Source of the DNA: Craspedostauros australis
Lineage: Eukaryota
Direction of reading: 5' to 3'
Assembly (NCBI GenBank): GCA_030167865.1
Contig: JALAGF010004754.1
Span: forward strand, 62,001-126,000
Length of the DNA stretch: 64,000 nucleotides
Shown here: positions 45,000 to 57,501 of the stretch, one piece after another
How positions within the stretch are numbered: the first letter of the stretch is position 1
Layout: the number at the start of each line of letters is the position of its first letter
Notes under the pieces: generated by a model
Seen by the model: the letters and a program-made list of their open reading frames with translations, nothing else
Told to the model about the DNA's origin: nothing
Database searches by the model: none
Program-made: the position numbers and the translations under genes

Positions 45000-47604
45000 A
45001 GACAGTCAGTCCAGGGTCCTCAATGCGTTTCAATGCATGTTGCTCCAAGCAATTGCTTCTGCTGCCATCTTCCCCAACTGGAGAGCAGCACTACATCATT
45101 TTTTTCGTTGCTGCATAAGGGCATTCGTGGCAGACGCACTTCACACTCTTCTTGCATCTACAGCACTCGCCTCTTTTCTTCCTCCGTCCCATCAATGTCT
45201 GCCCCTTGGAGTTTGTGCAAGTTGAGGATGGAGCCTTCGGTGACTCGAATGCAATGATCGCATATTTGGAACTCTGCGTTCCTTTCTTTTGGACTTGTTG
45301 GTGGTGGAACAATATCTACCCTGCTGTTTGACCCATCACTGGTTGTATCACTTGATGCTGTGCTGATGCCAACAACAAGTGTTTGGTCGCATCTTGCAAC
45401 GCGGTCTTCCTTGTTTTGTATCATGTCTTCTGCAAGTAGATTGACAAAATCATAAAGAGGCATCTGCTTGTGTCTGTGGTTGCCCGCCAAGTGATGTCGG
45501 TATGCCAGCCATGCATCCACCACAGTTATCCCAAACAACGTCGTCACAAGGCGAAAGTAGCCATTGCGGGTCCTCCACACCTTCTCAAGACCAAGGGTGT
45601 CTTGGTGTGCTTGATTGTGGCTATCCACTTTGCCACAGTCATGGAAGTTTTTTGCTGCAACTTGGGGTCTTGGAACTTCCCTGGACTCTGCAGTATCTTC
45701 ATCTGAGATCCACTGGGCGATGTATGGGTTTCCCGGGTTTGCATGCCCCGTCCCTTCTGAGAACACGAACAAGACCACTTTCTTCTTGCAATACTTGTAC
45801 CCCATCGCATAGTATGCAGTTCTTGCTTCATTGCTGCCATTGTCACTGTCTTCGTCATCGCCTTTGCACCGAAGGAGCAGCTGCGATCCAGATGGCCAAT
45901 TCTCCATTGACTTCTCGAGAAAGGCTTTTGGGAAACTGCCAGGGTTGTTTTTGACGATGCCCATAAAATCAGAATCTGCTTGAGTGGTCAAGGCATGAAC
46001 TGTTCGATAGGAACCAAACCAGGCATCGCCAAGGAAGATGCTCTTTGGAAGGTGCGGTGGGTGGTAGTGAAGGTTCTGTTCCCCCATTCTGCTGGTGGCA
46101 ATTGCCATGCAAAGGATGCAGGCTACATGCACTTACTTCAAAATATCAAGATACTTTGCGTTCTCCATTCCCTTCTTGCCTCTCTGTATCTCCAGATGCA
46201 ACATGATGCCAGTTGCACCATCAGCCACCAATTTGAACTCAGTACCAAATGGCTCTGGCTTGCGATTGACGAATGTCAGGCGCAACAGGTTCCCAGTCTT
46301 CTTTGCTTGAAGCTGAAAAACACTCATGGATTCATTAAGTACTTTGATATGACTTGGTATGACAACTTTGGAATGGCAGTGGTTGAATGCCTTGGCACCT
46401 GCTTGAATCTGCCACCATGGATTCTCGCCTCTCCTTGATTCGTCCGCAAAATACCATTGGCATTGGAATCTCACGGAGTTGGTGGAAGCGTCCTTTGGAT
46501 ATGTGGTTTGAGATATTTGTAGGCCGCAGGAAGCCCTCCTGTTGCCCCCCTGGCCCCAAAGGCTGCAGGTGACGTGCAGATTTCCCAGAAGAATGATCCC
46601 CAAAACACCCAGAACTCACTGTCGGAGACAGTGCAGGGGACTCCAATCAAGTTTCCTGCTGAGTTCACATTGGTGATCCGCTGGTTGAAGCAGTCTGCCT
46701 GCGCTTTCCAGTCACCTGGCCAGATGTGTTGCATCAGGTGCAACAGGTTGGTGTGGCTCCTTTGGCTGCTATTTGACGTTTGCAATGTGTCGCAGAAGTT
46801 AGACCCCGCCACTGCCACAGTCTTGTATGGCGAAAGGCTGTGGGCCTGGATGCGGCTGTCAGAAACCACACTCTAGATCTGAGTGCCGAAGCCCTTTCCC
46901 ACAACCACATTCGTCCCCATAAGGGCAAGCTTGGCTGACCTGTGCAGCATTGCGTCGGCCAGTCAGTCGCCTCGAAAGAAACATTCGAGATGCAGTCCAT
47001 CATGGACCGACAAGACGCTGGCTTCGTTGCCCATTGGCACATCGTCGCCGCCATCAGCGCCATCAGAGGCATTGTGGCTGCTGCTGCGAACATCAGTGCA
47101 AAGCTCGTCACCATTGGAGATTGCTTTTTCAACGCGACAAGAGTGAGGGACAGAGTCTGATGCAGCGGGAGGAACACTTGGCATTGGTTCAGGATGGCCA
47201 TGATGGGAGTGATTGGGGTGGTTTGAAATCGACGCGTGGGCGATACAGACACCAGCGATCACGTTCCTGACTGCTGAGCCAATCTGAGGCGCTGCATGGG
47301 GTGGGGCGATGAATGCACGTTTCTTCTGGAAGCGTCGCAGTGCCAACACACCCTTCCCAATGTAGCAGGTGCGGATGAGGTCAGTGATCTCCTCAGGAGG
47401 GGCATGATGGATGGGTTTGTTGATCAGCTTCAATGTCGCAACTTGGTGGTCACACACCACCTCAAGCGAGGTCCAGTGGATCACCCAGACGCGGTCCGCA
47501 AGGGGCTTCAGCATGATGCCACGGAGAGGGACCTTCTCACCATGAGATCCATGGGAGGGATGGTTGAAGTTGGAAAAGATGTGTGAACCAACCTTGAGAG
47601 GCAT
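45000..47604 (-). pseudogene. Decayed piggyBac-like (PGBD/DDE_Tnp_1_7) transposase
   Basis: Successive broken frames give IWPGDW, EFWVFWG, LNESMS (first catalytic D appears to have become N), RKPEPFGTEFK..ADGATG, GDAWFGS, VDSHNQ...LEKVW, RLVTTLFGITVVDAW, and Cys-rich CCRCKKSVKCVCHEC. Several stops and frameshifts; ends not defined. Confidence 0.82.
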
Positions 47605-47670
47605 GGTGAAGAGGAGTTTGGTGGTGGACGAGTTGGTTGTGATACTTGGAGGAGTACTGATATGGAGGAA

Positions 47671-48422
47671 AGTTGGTATATTTTTGGAGGAAGTGAAGGA
47701 CGAAGACCAACACTACATGGGCGAGTTCAGGAGAGGATACTGCGTCGATTGAAGGCAACAAAACGAAGTTCCAACATCAGGGCGATGCACAACCTTGCAT
47801 AAGGTAGAGAGGCTCAGGTGAGTAGCACAGTACGAATCAACAACATGAAAAAAAACATGACAATCATTGGCGTGAACTTTTGTGTGTTGACAGATTGATG
47901 ATCATGGCTGTCGCGAGCAGTAGTGACTGACTTGAAGCACCCAAGGCAACGCACAAAAGCGCTCCGGACTGTTGACCAGCACACCACACAAAACAAAATG
48001 AATCAACGAATTCAGCCATGTCATTTACTTGTGCAACAGGTGAAACAGAATTGGATGTGGGTCTTTGGAAGACCATTGGTCGAGATTGGACGAAAAAGCA
48101 ATACATCTCTGTACCAGAATGCCGTAGAGTCTACGCAGTTACCAATGCGTGCCAACGAAAAAGTTGCGGATTTACGTCCGTACGTCGTCCGTATGAAAAA
48201 AGACCGAAATAGGGTCCAAAGAGGCATCGAGCTGAACAGAAAGCAGAGACCGTTTGCTGACAATGAACACATCAACAGAGAGCTCTGACTTTGCTCTTTC
48301 CAATGATGTGAAGATGGCGGTAAACGGCCGTCAACTCATCGAATGGTTGCTTGTGCCATCGGCGATAGGCCAATGGTTACCAAACAATACCAAAAAGCGC
48401 CAACAAAGCGGAACATAGCCAC
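47671..48422. repeat. About 750-bp dispersed repeat, copy 1
   Basis: Near-identical to 54484-55512 apart from a 260-bp insert in that copy. Confidence 0.95.
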
Positions 48423-48491
48423 TAGCCACTAGAGTGTGCGCTTGGTTTCCCCTACTCAATGACGCGAAGAGAGACACACATGAGCAATAGA

Positions 48492-48767
48492 TGTCAAGTC
48501 GAGTTGTGTTTTTTGTTTGTTGGTGACTTTTATCTCTATTAGTTTTCTACTTTGTAATATGTTTTCTGAGTGGTGTCGCAACGATCGTTACTGTGACTCT
48601 TACGAACCAAAGAGGGCGCACTTTTTGTGAGCTTGTGCAATACTGTTGACATGCCTTCAACTCCTGTCATCCCAACACCCCCAGCTTTATGCACTGGCTG
48701 CAAGGTGAGTCTCTCCCCTGTTACCATATTCTGCTCACTGTGCTCTAACTTGATACCCCTCTCCTCA
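48492..48767 (-). mobile_element. Orphan 3' LTR (264 bp) with polypurine tract
   Basis: On the minus strand GAGGAGAGGGG is followed directly by TATCAAG (48755), and the unit ends CTTGACA (48492). These are inverted termini; no partner LTR is seen in the window. Confidence 0.5.
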
Positions 48768-49579
48768 TGCACACATCTCTCTGTCTCTGTGTACTGATGT
48801 GCTCATTCCAGTGCTTGATCCAGGCAGGTTAATCCTGCACCATGAACAGGCATCCATTCAGCCTACTCCATCAGACCTCACTCAGTGGAATCAACCACTG
48901 TTCCCAAGAGGAGGCAATGATTGTTTGCATCAGTATAAATGTCATTCATGACACCACTCCTTTTCAAGTGCTGAGGATGTTCTTATAATGGACTGATATA
49001 GTGCCTTCTTTGCACATACAAAATTGCTTCCACCACATCACGATACACAACGTACGAGTACTGGTGGGGTCACAACTGTTGATCCATGACTGTCGTCCGT
49101 CCATCCATCCAAATGTTCAACCGTTACCGAATTCTGTCGTCCTCTTTTTTCTCTTGGTGCGGTTTGAACAGGGCGGTTGCGTCGCTCGTCAACGGCATTG
49201 TTGTTCCAAAAGTTGTGGCAAAGCAACCATTTTGCAGTTTTATTTTTGTATCACGAATCTGAGAAACGACGAACAACCCCGAAACATGCTGCCACCCAAA
49301 AGTTCGCACAAACCCAGAACGCTTGTCGCTGACATGTGGGAAATTGAAATTGGGCTCACAAACTCCACAATAAAACAAACTGGTGCTCTGCCTTCGATTG
49401 TCACAGGCCACCAAGAAAAGAGGAGAGTTACTTCATCGATGGCATGGATAGATGAGAGGAAGACAAAGGTCGCATGTGCCCGAGATGCCCAAAGTGGGCG
49501 CACATGCTCACAGCATCATCGTCGTGCAGGGCAAGAACGTTGTTTGTTGATGGAAGACCAAAAAGTGTTTCTGCAAAAA

Positions 49580-49651
49580 GGTCGTCTCCGGGAATCGAAC
49601 CCGGGACCTCCACCACCCTAAAGTGGAATCATGCCCCTAGACCAAGACGAC
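49580..49651 (-). tRNA. tRNA-Pro(AGG)
   Basis: Acceptor stem GTCGTCT/AGACGAC, anticodon arm CCACT-TTAGGGT-GGTGG, T arm CCGGG-TTCGATT-CCCGG, followed by a T5 Pol III terminator. Confidence 0.97.
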
Positions 49652-52600
49652 TCCGATGCTCATTTATGACAATTTTATGATCCATTAATGTTACTGCGTT
49701 ATGTCCCGCCTTGTCATCGTGCAGAGATCTGTCTTATTGCTTTTTGATGGAATGTATCGTTGATGATGGACTGTACCCGAGTATTCTATCGTCGACCACA
49801 CCACGACGAAAGTAAGGGATTACATCACGATTGTGAATAATGGCTGGTGCTCGGATGCATTCGTGCCAACGCCACCAACCTGGAAATCACGACGTCTTCT
49901 CCTGTTGGCGTGGCTCCTGGACCGTCTGGTAGCTGCATCTGTGATGAACGACTGATTCACGGAACGAGACGAAGCTCATCAAAGATACTCAAGTGCAATA
50001 CTCCTAAAGAGATGAGCGTCAAGAGGAAGGCAGGTGAGAAAAAGGACTTTGTCCTTCAACCAAGTTCGGTCTGTGGCATCCTGCATCACACCATGCAATG
50101 AGTTTGTTGGACATCGCTGCCCATTTGTAAGTGGTCTTCGTAAAAATGTTGCAACTTTCTCGGGAAGCCCTCTCAGACTTCCTTATAATCTAATATGATG
50201 TTCCTTTCTATGAGGAACTTACGGATCGGCCTTCCTAGCATTTGTTAACTTTATATTTTATAGAATAAGTTATGAGGGCTTGAGTTGAGAGATTTCCCGC
50301 AGTCGCCCGTGCATTAGATTATTAGCCTTCAGTCGGACATGGGTGCGACTCGTCATTGTCTTCAACTTGGACGTGGGTGAGCCGCGAAGATGCTCTTGTT
50401 TCCTCCCTCAAACGGACTTCGGCAAGGCGCTGGAAGCCACATTCAGACGTGTCTACAGTCGTGCGAACGGCCCACATTTCGGCTGTTTTTGGCCCCGATT
50501 GATTGCGCGCAGTTTCTCACGGTGGACTTGGAACAACAGGTCTGCAGGAGCAAAACCGCGCCAACACGCGATGACATGTGCACTGCACTGTGATGTACGG
50601 TATCAGGATGGGATTGCACAAGGCGCAGAGCTATCAGCATATTCCACCAGGTATAGTGATATGTTGCTTTTGCTGTTGCTGCTGGTACTTTGGCTTGTGT
50701 GCTACGAGCCTCCTATTCTTCGCGAGTGGGGGCACTGTGATCACTGGTGGGTTCGTCACACCATGATCATGCGCATTCTATGTGTGATCCCTCGTGTCCT
50801 ACAAGGGGCACGAAATGCTGAGCCAACATAGAACGATAGGGTAAAGTTCCTGTCCTGTATTCCAAAGTTGCCCATTGCCATTGCAGCACATTCCTGATGT
50901 ACACTGCTCTGCTCTTCTTGAATGAGACAAAAACAAGCCAGAAAGCATAGTATTGATTCCAGTCCTGCACGTGACCTGACTGACCTACGTACGCAAAGTG
51001 CGCACCTTGCGCCCACTTTCCTCCTAGAACAGAGCAAGACACTAACAGGAGCTAAGACCGCAACTCCTCAGCTCATCAATGCAATATCTCGTAATATTAG
51101 CGAACAACATTGATTCACACACTACTCGTCTTATTGACACATAGAAGCAAAGTGGTGCGTAGAAAAGCAAGAGTTTGTGGCAAGGACAACACCAGAGTGA
51201 TGGAAGAGGCAACTGTGTGCTGATGACGTTGTTCGGACAGAGTCATGAGGTTGCTCAGGGTTAGAGCTAGGGTTGGGGTTCCAGTTGGGGTTTCGGCAAC
51301 ACTGGAGCGACGGGAGAGAGGCGAATACGTGCGGCTGACATTGCACAGAAAAGCCATTAAGTTACTCAATGTTAGGGTTAGGGCTGGGGCTGGGGATAGG
51401 GGGCCAAAGAGCCAAGACTTGAGTTAAATATGTGTGGGTTGGGGTTGCTACTGCTTCCAGGACTGGGATGAAGGTGCTGTCCACTTCCATCTTGGCACCA
51501 GAAATTCACATCATCAAATTCAGCTCTGCGCATCTCGTGCCTGTGCACCCACCTTGCCACCACTCTGACGTGACATACAGAAGGCAGAGGGAAAAGGACG
51601 GTCCCTACAATCCTGGTCGGCAGCCCGTGGCACATCGCACCGCACCGTACCGTACCGTACCGCATCACATTACATTCCAGTACATCACTCGCTACGCAAC
51701 AGAACAGTTTCGTGTCCATACCAACGATTCTGTGTGAGCACAAGGTAGAGTCACGCTCCGGAAATCTGAGAATAGCGAAAAAGGCCAAAAATGGAAGGAA
51801 AAATCATTTTGCGTCAACTGACCACTGCGACTCAATTGAAGCATCCACGAGCACACGAACGTTTGTACGTGATTCACCTACAACATAGATTTCCCATGAT
51901 TTTCACCGCCACAACTAAAAATGATTGGACGGAACAATTGTAACTCTTGCCATATGGTGTGGAATATGCAGGGAAGAGATACATGTAGCTTTCCTTCACA
52001 TCAAAACGCCTCTCTAGAGAAAGGTGTAACAGTTTCGCTCAGGCGGGTTTTCTGGGCTGCGGTCTGGCTTCTCATGTAGTCATTTGCAGATTTCGAATCA
52101 GAGGTTCTGAATCATCCTATTATAGTGTAGGGAGTGTATACATGAAGTTACAGGCTCCTGGTCAATGTAGTTGAACTGATTATTGTTCACATTAGCCTAT
52201 GACTAGAGACGGTTGGCATGCGGACGGAAAGAGTCAACTTGGGTTCGGAATTTCCAGTCGTGCTTCAACTTGCTGTCCAGTCGTGCTCTTGATCAAGACA
52301 CTCACATTTCATTTGCTGGGCGGTTGGGTGCGAAGAAATGTTGAGGATTGCGCGGTGGCGGTAGGCATGCTGATGGTCTGTCTGTGCCGTGGATCAGTTG
52401 ATGAAATCCAGACATGTGGGTTGGTGGGAACTCCAGATCTTGACCCCTAGCTTGGCTTTCACAATCCCTTGTTCTGGATTCTGCCGCAGTTCGTGGCCCC
52501 TGTGGTTGAGCTTCGTCCACGTCCCAATCAGCACACACTGCCTTCCCTCCATATGCCTAATCTAGACAACTGCCTCGTTCTTGCTGGACGTATATTTCCT

Positions 52601-54483
52601 GCTTGTTCCTTTGGACCTCCTCTCTGCTCGTCGTCAACAACGGCCATCGCTGGCTTCTAGTCGTCATTCATCTGTTCTCCTCTTTGCTTCCTGTTTAGGT
52701 GCCGACAGCGTCATTCTTCCAATTTGCATGTGGTTCTGCAACTTTTGCTGTTTCCGGAAACGTGTAATCGTCTTGTTCTCAACGTATTTCACGTTTTGGA
52801 CCAGCACGAACGCATGACGTCAACATATTATTGTTCAAAATTTCGGATTTCTGATCCAACCTCGATGAGAGGTGTCCTTCACGAAACTGGTTGAACTTCC
52901 AGTGACCGACTATTTCTCCTCGATCATGCCAACCAGCCACAAGAAAGATGGACAGACCTTGTATTTCGCAGTGAAACTTTGTGTGGTTGTGATCTTGACG
53001 GGAGAGAGTTCAAATCGTCATCTTGTGGTGGAGGGTGCAATCTCTCCAAGTTCACCAACCTTTATCGCGCCCACGCACCACAAGCTATGATGCCAACAAC
53101 AACAACAAAAAACATCCCAACTGCAACAGCAGCTCTTGGAGAATCTGCGTTGAGACCGCCGATTGTGCAATGGAGGCCGCCAAGAGCACGGCCGACATCC
53201 ATGGAACACAAGACCAGCGGCCCTAGTTTCACCAACAACAACAATTCCGTAACACAGATGTGACAAACTCTGTGGAAGAGACTGCTCCATCTTCACTCAG
53301 CACAACCTCTGCAACGAGGAAACGTACGAACGAATGGGCTTCTATTTCATGGATGGGTGGTCAGGAGAGGGACGCGGAAGGTGACATTGTCTAGTGTCTC
53401 GTGACTTGAGGGAAGGCCAAATTTTTTGGAAACCATTGGTAGCAATTGGTATATAGTCGTATGAGTCATTTTCGCTGTAGGCGCTGGTACATTTTGTACG
53501 TCTATCCCACGCGAAGCAGCCCAGCAACAACCTTTTCTGTCACAAACCTCCTCGGCAAGTCCATGCCGCTCCATTCGTTTGAGCTCTCCTTTCGTGAGAA
53601 CTCTCATGTGTGGCTTGTTATCACCCTCTCCAACTTTGATGACAGTTGGTTGGGTAGTTGTCAAGATCTGTTCGTTTATCTGGAGCCAGCACTTGTTCTT
53701 ACCATTCACGAATGCCAATCACCGCGATGTATCGTGGCGAAGTTCTGTGTGCCCCAGCGCATGTCAGCACGCGGCCGAAATGATTACAAAACAATGTGGT
53801 ACCGACCGATGCGTTCCTCACCTGCTATGATCTGTTCCATACATCCTGATATCATCTATTGTGGCTTCGTTCATCGCATAGCATTGCAGTTGATGATTTG
53901 GTTGATACTTTCTACAATAGCGTTTCAGTTCTACTCCGGAATACCGTATACCAGCATCCGTCTTGGCAACAACAACTTGGATGCACGCATATCGTTGCAT
54001 CCATCCTGCTTTGGGGAGCAATGATCCCTTAGTTAGCAGCAGCAGACAAGATCAGTCCAAAATAGAGTAGAGTAGATTGTTTCACACTGAGGAGTTCAAT
54101 CTCGCCATGCTCTGACCGCTCTTCATTGGATCTTCGACATTGCGGAGCATGTGCATCTGCGCTGCGCAGAATTTCCACGCAATGTGCGCACATTTTAGCA
54201 TGTATCGCGTGTGCAATGTAGAGGCCAGCAGTCAATTGGCCATAGCAGCGCTGAAGATCAGTAGATAACGTCAGGCTTCCTCCATAGATCGGTTCGAACA
54301 AGGTTTGATGGAGCACGAACAGCGACTGCATCAACGACTTCACCCATGGCACGAGCGCGAGATATGTGACCAGTCTTTGCGAGGGTGTAACAGCCAGTGT
54401 CATTGAAGACAGTGGTGGTGCGTGATCAGGAAGCGGGGCTTCCTTGCAAGGATAGTATGCGGAAAGGGATGAAAAGAGCCTAC

Positions 54484-55512
54484 AGTTGGTATATCTTTGG
54501 AGGAAGTGAAGGACGAAGACCAACACTACATGGGCGAGTTCAGGAGAGGATACTGCGTCGATTGAAGGCAACAAAACAAAGTTCCGACATCAGGGCGATG
54601 CACAACCTTGCATAAGGTAGAGAGGCTCAGGTGAGCAGCACAGTACGAATCAACAACATGAAAAAACACATGACAATCATTGGCGTGAACTTTTGTGTGT
54701 TGACAGATTGATGATCATGGCTGTCGCAAGCAGTAGTGACCGACTTGAAGCACCCAAGGCAACGCACAAAAGCGCTCCGGACTGTTGACCAGCACACCAC
54801 ACAAAACAAAATGAATCAACGAATTCAGCCATGTCATTTAATACTAATAATAACGCGCTGATTATCCCCTCTCAAGAGGGGTGCCTCGAAAGCTTTAACG
54901 TCGCCGGCATACAGCGAGCCCATACGGGCCGACTGCGCTCGAACGACCTACCTAGGTCTCTCACTCCCGGGTCTACCACTGGTTGCCACTCCACCGGGCC
55001 ATAGAACATACCGCACTGGGCATCCGGAATCCTCCGCTATGCACTTCACTCTCTTTTTGTTTGTATGGCCAAGGGCTTCTCGCCGTCCGTTGCACGCTAC
55101 TTCAGCCATGTCAATTACTTGTGCAACAGGTGAAACAGAATTGGATGTGGGTCTTTGGAAGACCATTGGTCGAGATTGGACGAAAAAGCAACACATCTCT
55201 GTACCAGAATGCCGTAGAGTCTACGCAGTTACCAATGCGTGCCAACGAAAAAGTTGCGGATTTACGTTCGTACGTCGTCCGTATGAAAAAAGACCGAAAT
55301 AGGGTCCAAAGAGGCATCGAGCTGAACAGAAAGCAGAGACCGTTTGCTGACAATGAACACATCAACAGAGAGCTCTGACTTTGCTCTTTCCAATGATGTG
55401 AAGATGGCGGTAAACGGCCGTCAACTCATCGAATGGTTGCTTGTGCCATCGGCGATAGGCCAATGGTTACCAAACAATACCAAAAAGCGCCAACAAAGCG
55501 GAACATAGCCAC
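54484..55512. repeat. About 750-bp dispersed repeat, copy 2 (with insertion)
   Basis: Direct repeat of 47671-48422. Confidence 0.95.
54841..55100 (-). mobile_element. 260-bp SINE-like or 5'-truncated LINE insertion
   Basis: 17-bp TSD ttcagccatgtca(t/a)tta at 54824-54840 and 55101-55117; empty site at 48011-48027; (TTA)n-like tail at one end. Orientation is inferred from the tail. Confidence 0.82.
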
Positions 55513-57465
55513 AGACACATGTGCAACAGACAGGCTGACAAGCTACAGCTCGATTGACTTGGGTCATGATCCCACCCATCCGCGCAGCAATCACTGCCGA
55601 TTGAAGCATGTAGGTGGTTTCCATGAATCAACGCATCAACAGGATGAATATACAGTGGCCGCATCGGGCGTCCTGGTGACTGGTTCGGAGTCATACACCT
55701 GTTGGTATCGGTCATCATCAATGTCCACAATCAACCATCACCAGTAAAACTTGCAACAGCATTGGATTCCATCATGGCTGATTGTGACACAAGGAGGATT
55801 GTCTGCTGGTGGCTTCTTCCCGCAACAGATTGGTGTCAACCTACGTATCCAATGGTCTAAAGTACCATCTCATTGGTCAGCACAATGCCAACAACAAGTA
55901 CAACTGACCATCAGCGGTGCTCATGCTGCATTTGTTGGCTGGGGAAAGCAATGGAACATGGCATCTGGTAATGTCCCAGTGATACAAAAAAGCTGAAGAT
56001 CGTTTGCTGTTCAGCAATATCCGATCAACGAGCTTCACAGCAACTACCATCGACACCCACAGATTTGTATGGGAAACCTTGAACCAGACAGAGGAAAGGA
56101 GCTCATGTTTGTTGGCAAGTTCCGTGATTGGATGCCTACGATTGTGGAAGATGGTGTTGGTTGATAGTCGTTTGTTTGCTATTTCATCCCGTTGGCACTC
56201 CAATCCTCTTGGTGTCCGTTCTCTTGCCCGATGCTCTCGGCGCTTCAATCTGTTTTGTAGATTCGGTCTCCGACTATGAGTCGGTACGCAAGATGCTCTC
56301 TCGCTACTATTCGTATTCTCTCTCTCTCAATATCGTGTATTTGCATTACACAATACTCTGTGTTCGATGCATACTCTGCATTTGACACTCCATGAGTTTA
56401 TTGCTGGTTCCTACTCCATGAGTGCTTAACACTTGAACTCCTCTTCGTGTATCCATGATCTCAATGCCTTTTGGTCATCGAATCTTCACCTTTCTGGTTC
56501 TGACATGGAGACAGATGTCGACATGGTGACACAATGGCATCCTGTCAACGTCAGCTGTCATCCTTCTGCTCTACAGATGTCACATTCCATCGATGATACA
56601 ATGGTCTGTCAGATGATATTGTCATCTGAGGTTGAGTTGGGAGGTACCTCAAGATTCGCTCGATACCATACGTTTCCTTTGACGGATGGACGGACGATGT
56701 TTCTGATTCTCTCAGAAATCGTTGATTGCAAATTTCCTCCAGAAATTCTGCTCATTTTCGTGTGTTCCATTTCCACTGATTCTGACAAATCACAGCATAC
56801 TATCTACACGAGTGTAGTTGTACCGTCCAGAAATATATAAGAGCATAACGGGTGAACAATGCACATATACACGTACATCTCGACATATCCTCACATGTAC
56901 ATCTCGACACATGTTCACGAGTGACAACCAATAGGCAGAGAGCACAGCATGCAGTCTAGGGCTCAGCAGCGCATGTCGAAAACATCAGAGAGCACCACAT
57001 TCAGCTGAGGGTATCCAGCAAAGCGTCCATCATACATCAATACAGGATCAAGCAATGAGCATCGAGCACTACGCAGACTGAATTTCGACACCACCAACAG
57101 ATCAGCAGACATCTTTCAGCAAGAGCATGGAACATCTGCCAACGATCAACAAGTAGTAGGCAATTTCCAGCAGCAGTGGGACAGCTTCTGACCAGAACCA
57201 ACAAATTTGTACACAGTGCAACATCGAGCAGAGTATCCAGCTGCAACCAGCCACCAATGCATCAGCAGTAAGCATCACCAGATGGCATTCAGAAAAAGCA
57301 ATGAATAAACAGAGATATTGTAGAACAGAGAAGAGTATGGGCCAAGTATTCATCCCCACAGAAGAATTTGCCAACTATCCAACCAACAGCATTGAGCAAA
57401 GCTCGCCTGGCAGAGCATCTTGCAACAACCAATGAATCAGCAGCATCATCGAGCAGAGTGAATCC

Positions 57466-57468
<3 letters not shown>

Positions 57469-57498
<30 letters not shown>
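57469..57498. repeat. (AG)15 microsatellite
   Basis: Read directly from the sequence. Confidence 0.95.

Positions 57499-57501
<3 letters not shown>

Noticed and set aside
44981-45000. TTAA piggyBac terminus
   Set aside because: TTAA is present, but no matching inverted end was found on the other side of the transposase.
49001-49621. 206-aa ORF
   Set aside because: It has no motifs and runs antisense into the tRNA gene.
54841-55100. Group II intron or hammerhead ribozyme
   Set aside because: No domain V consensus and no CUGAUGA/GAAA core was found; the TSD and tail point to a retroposon.
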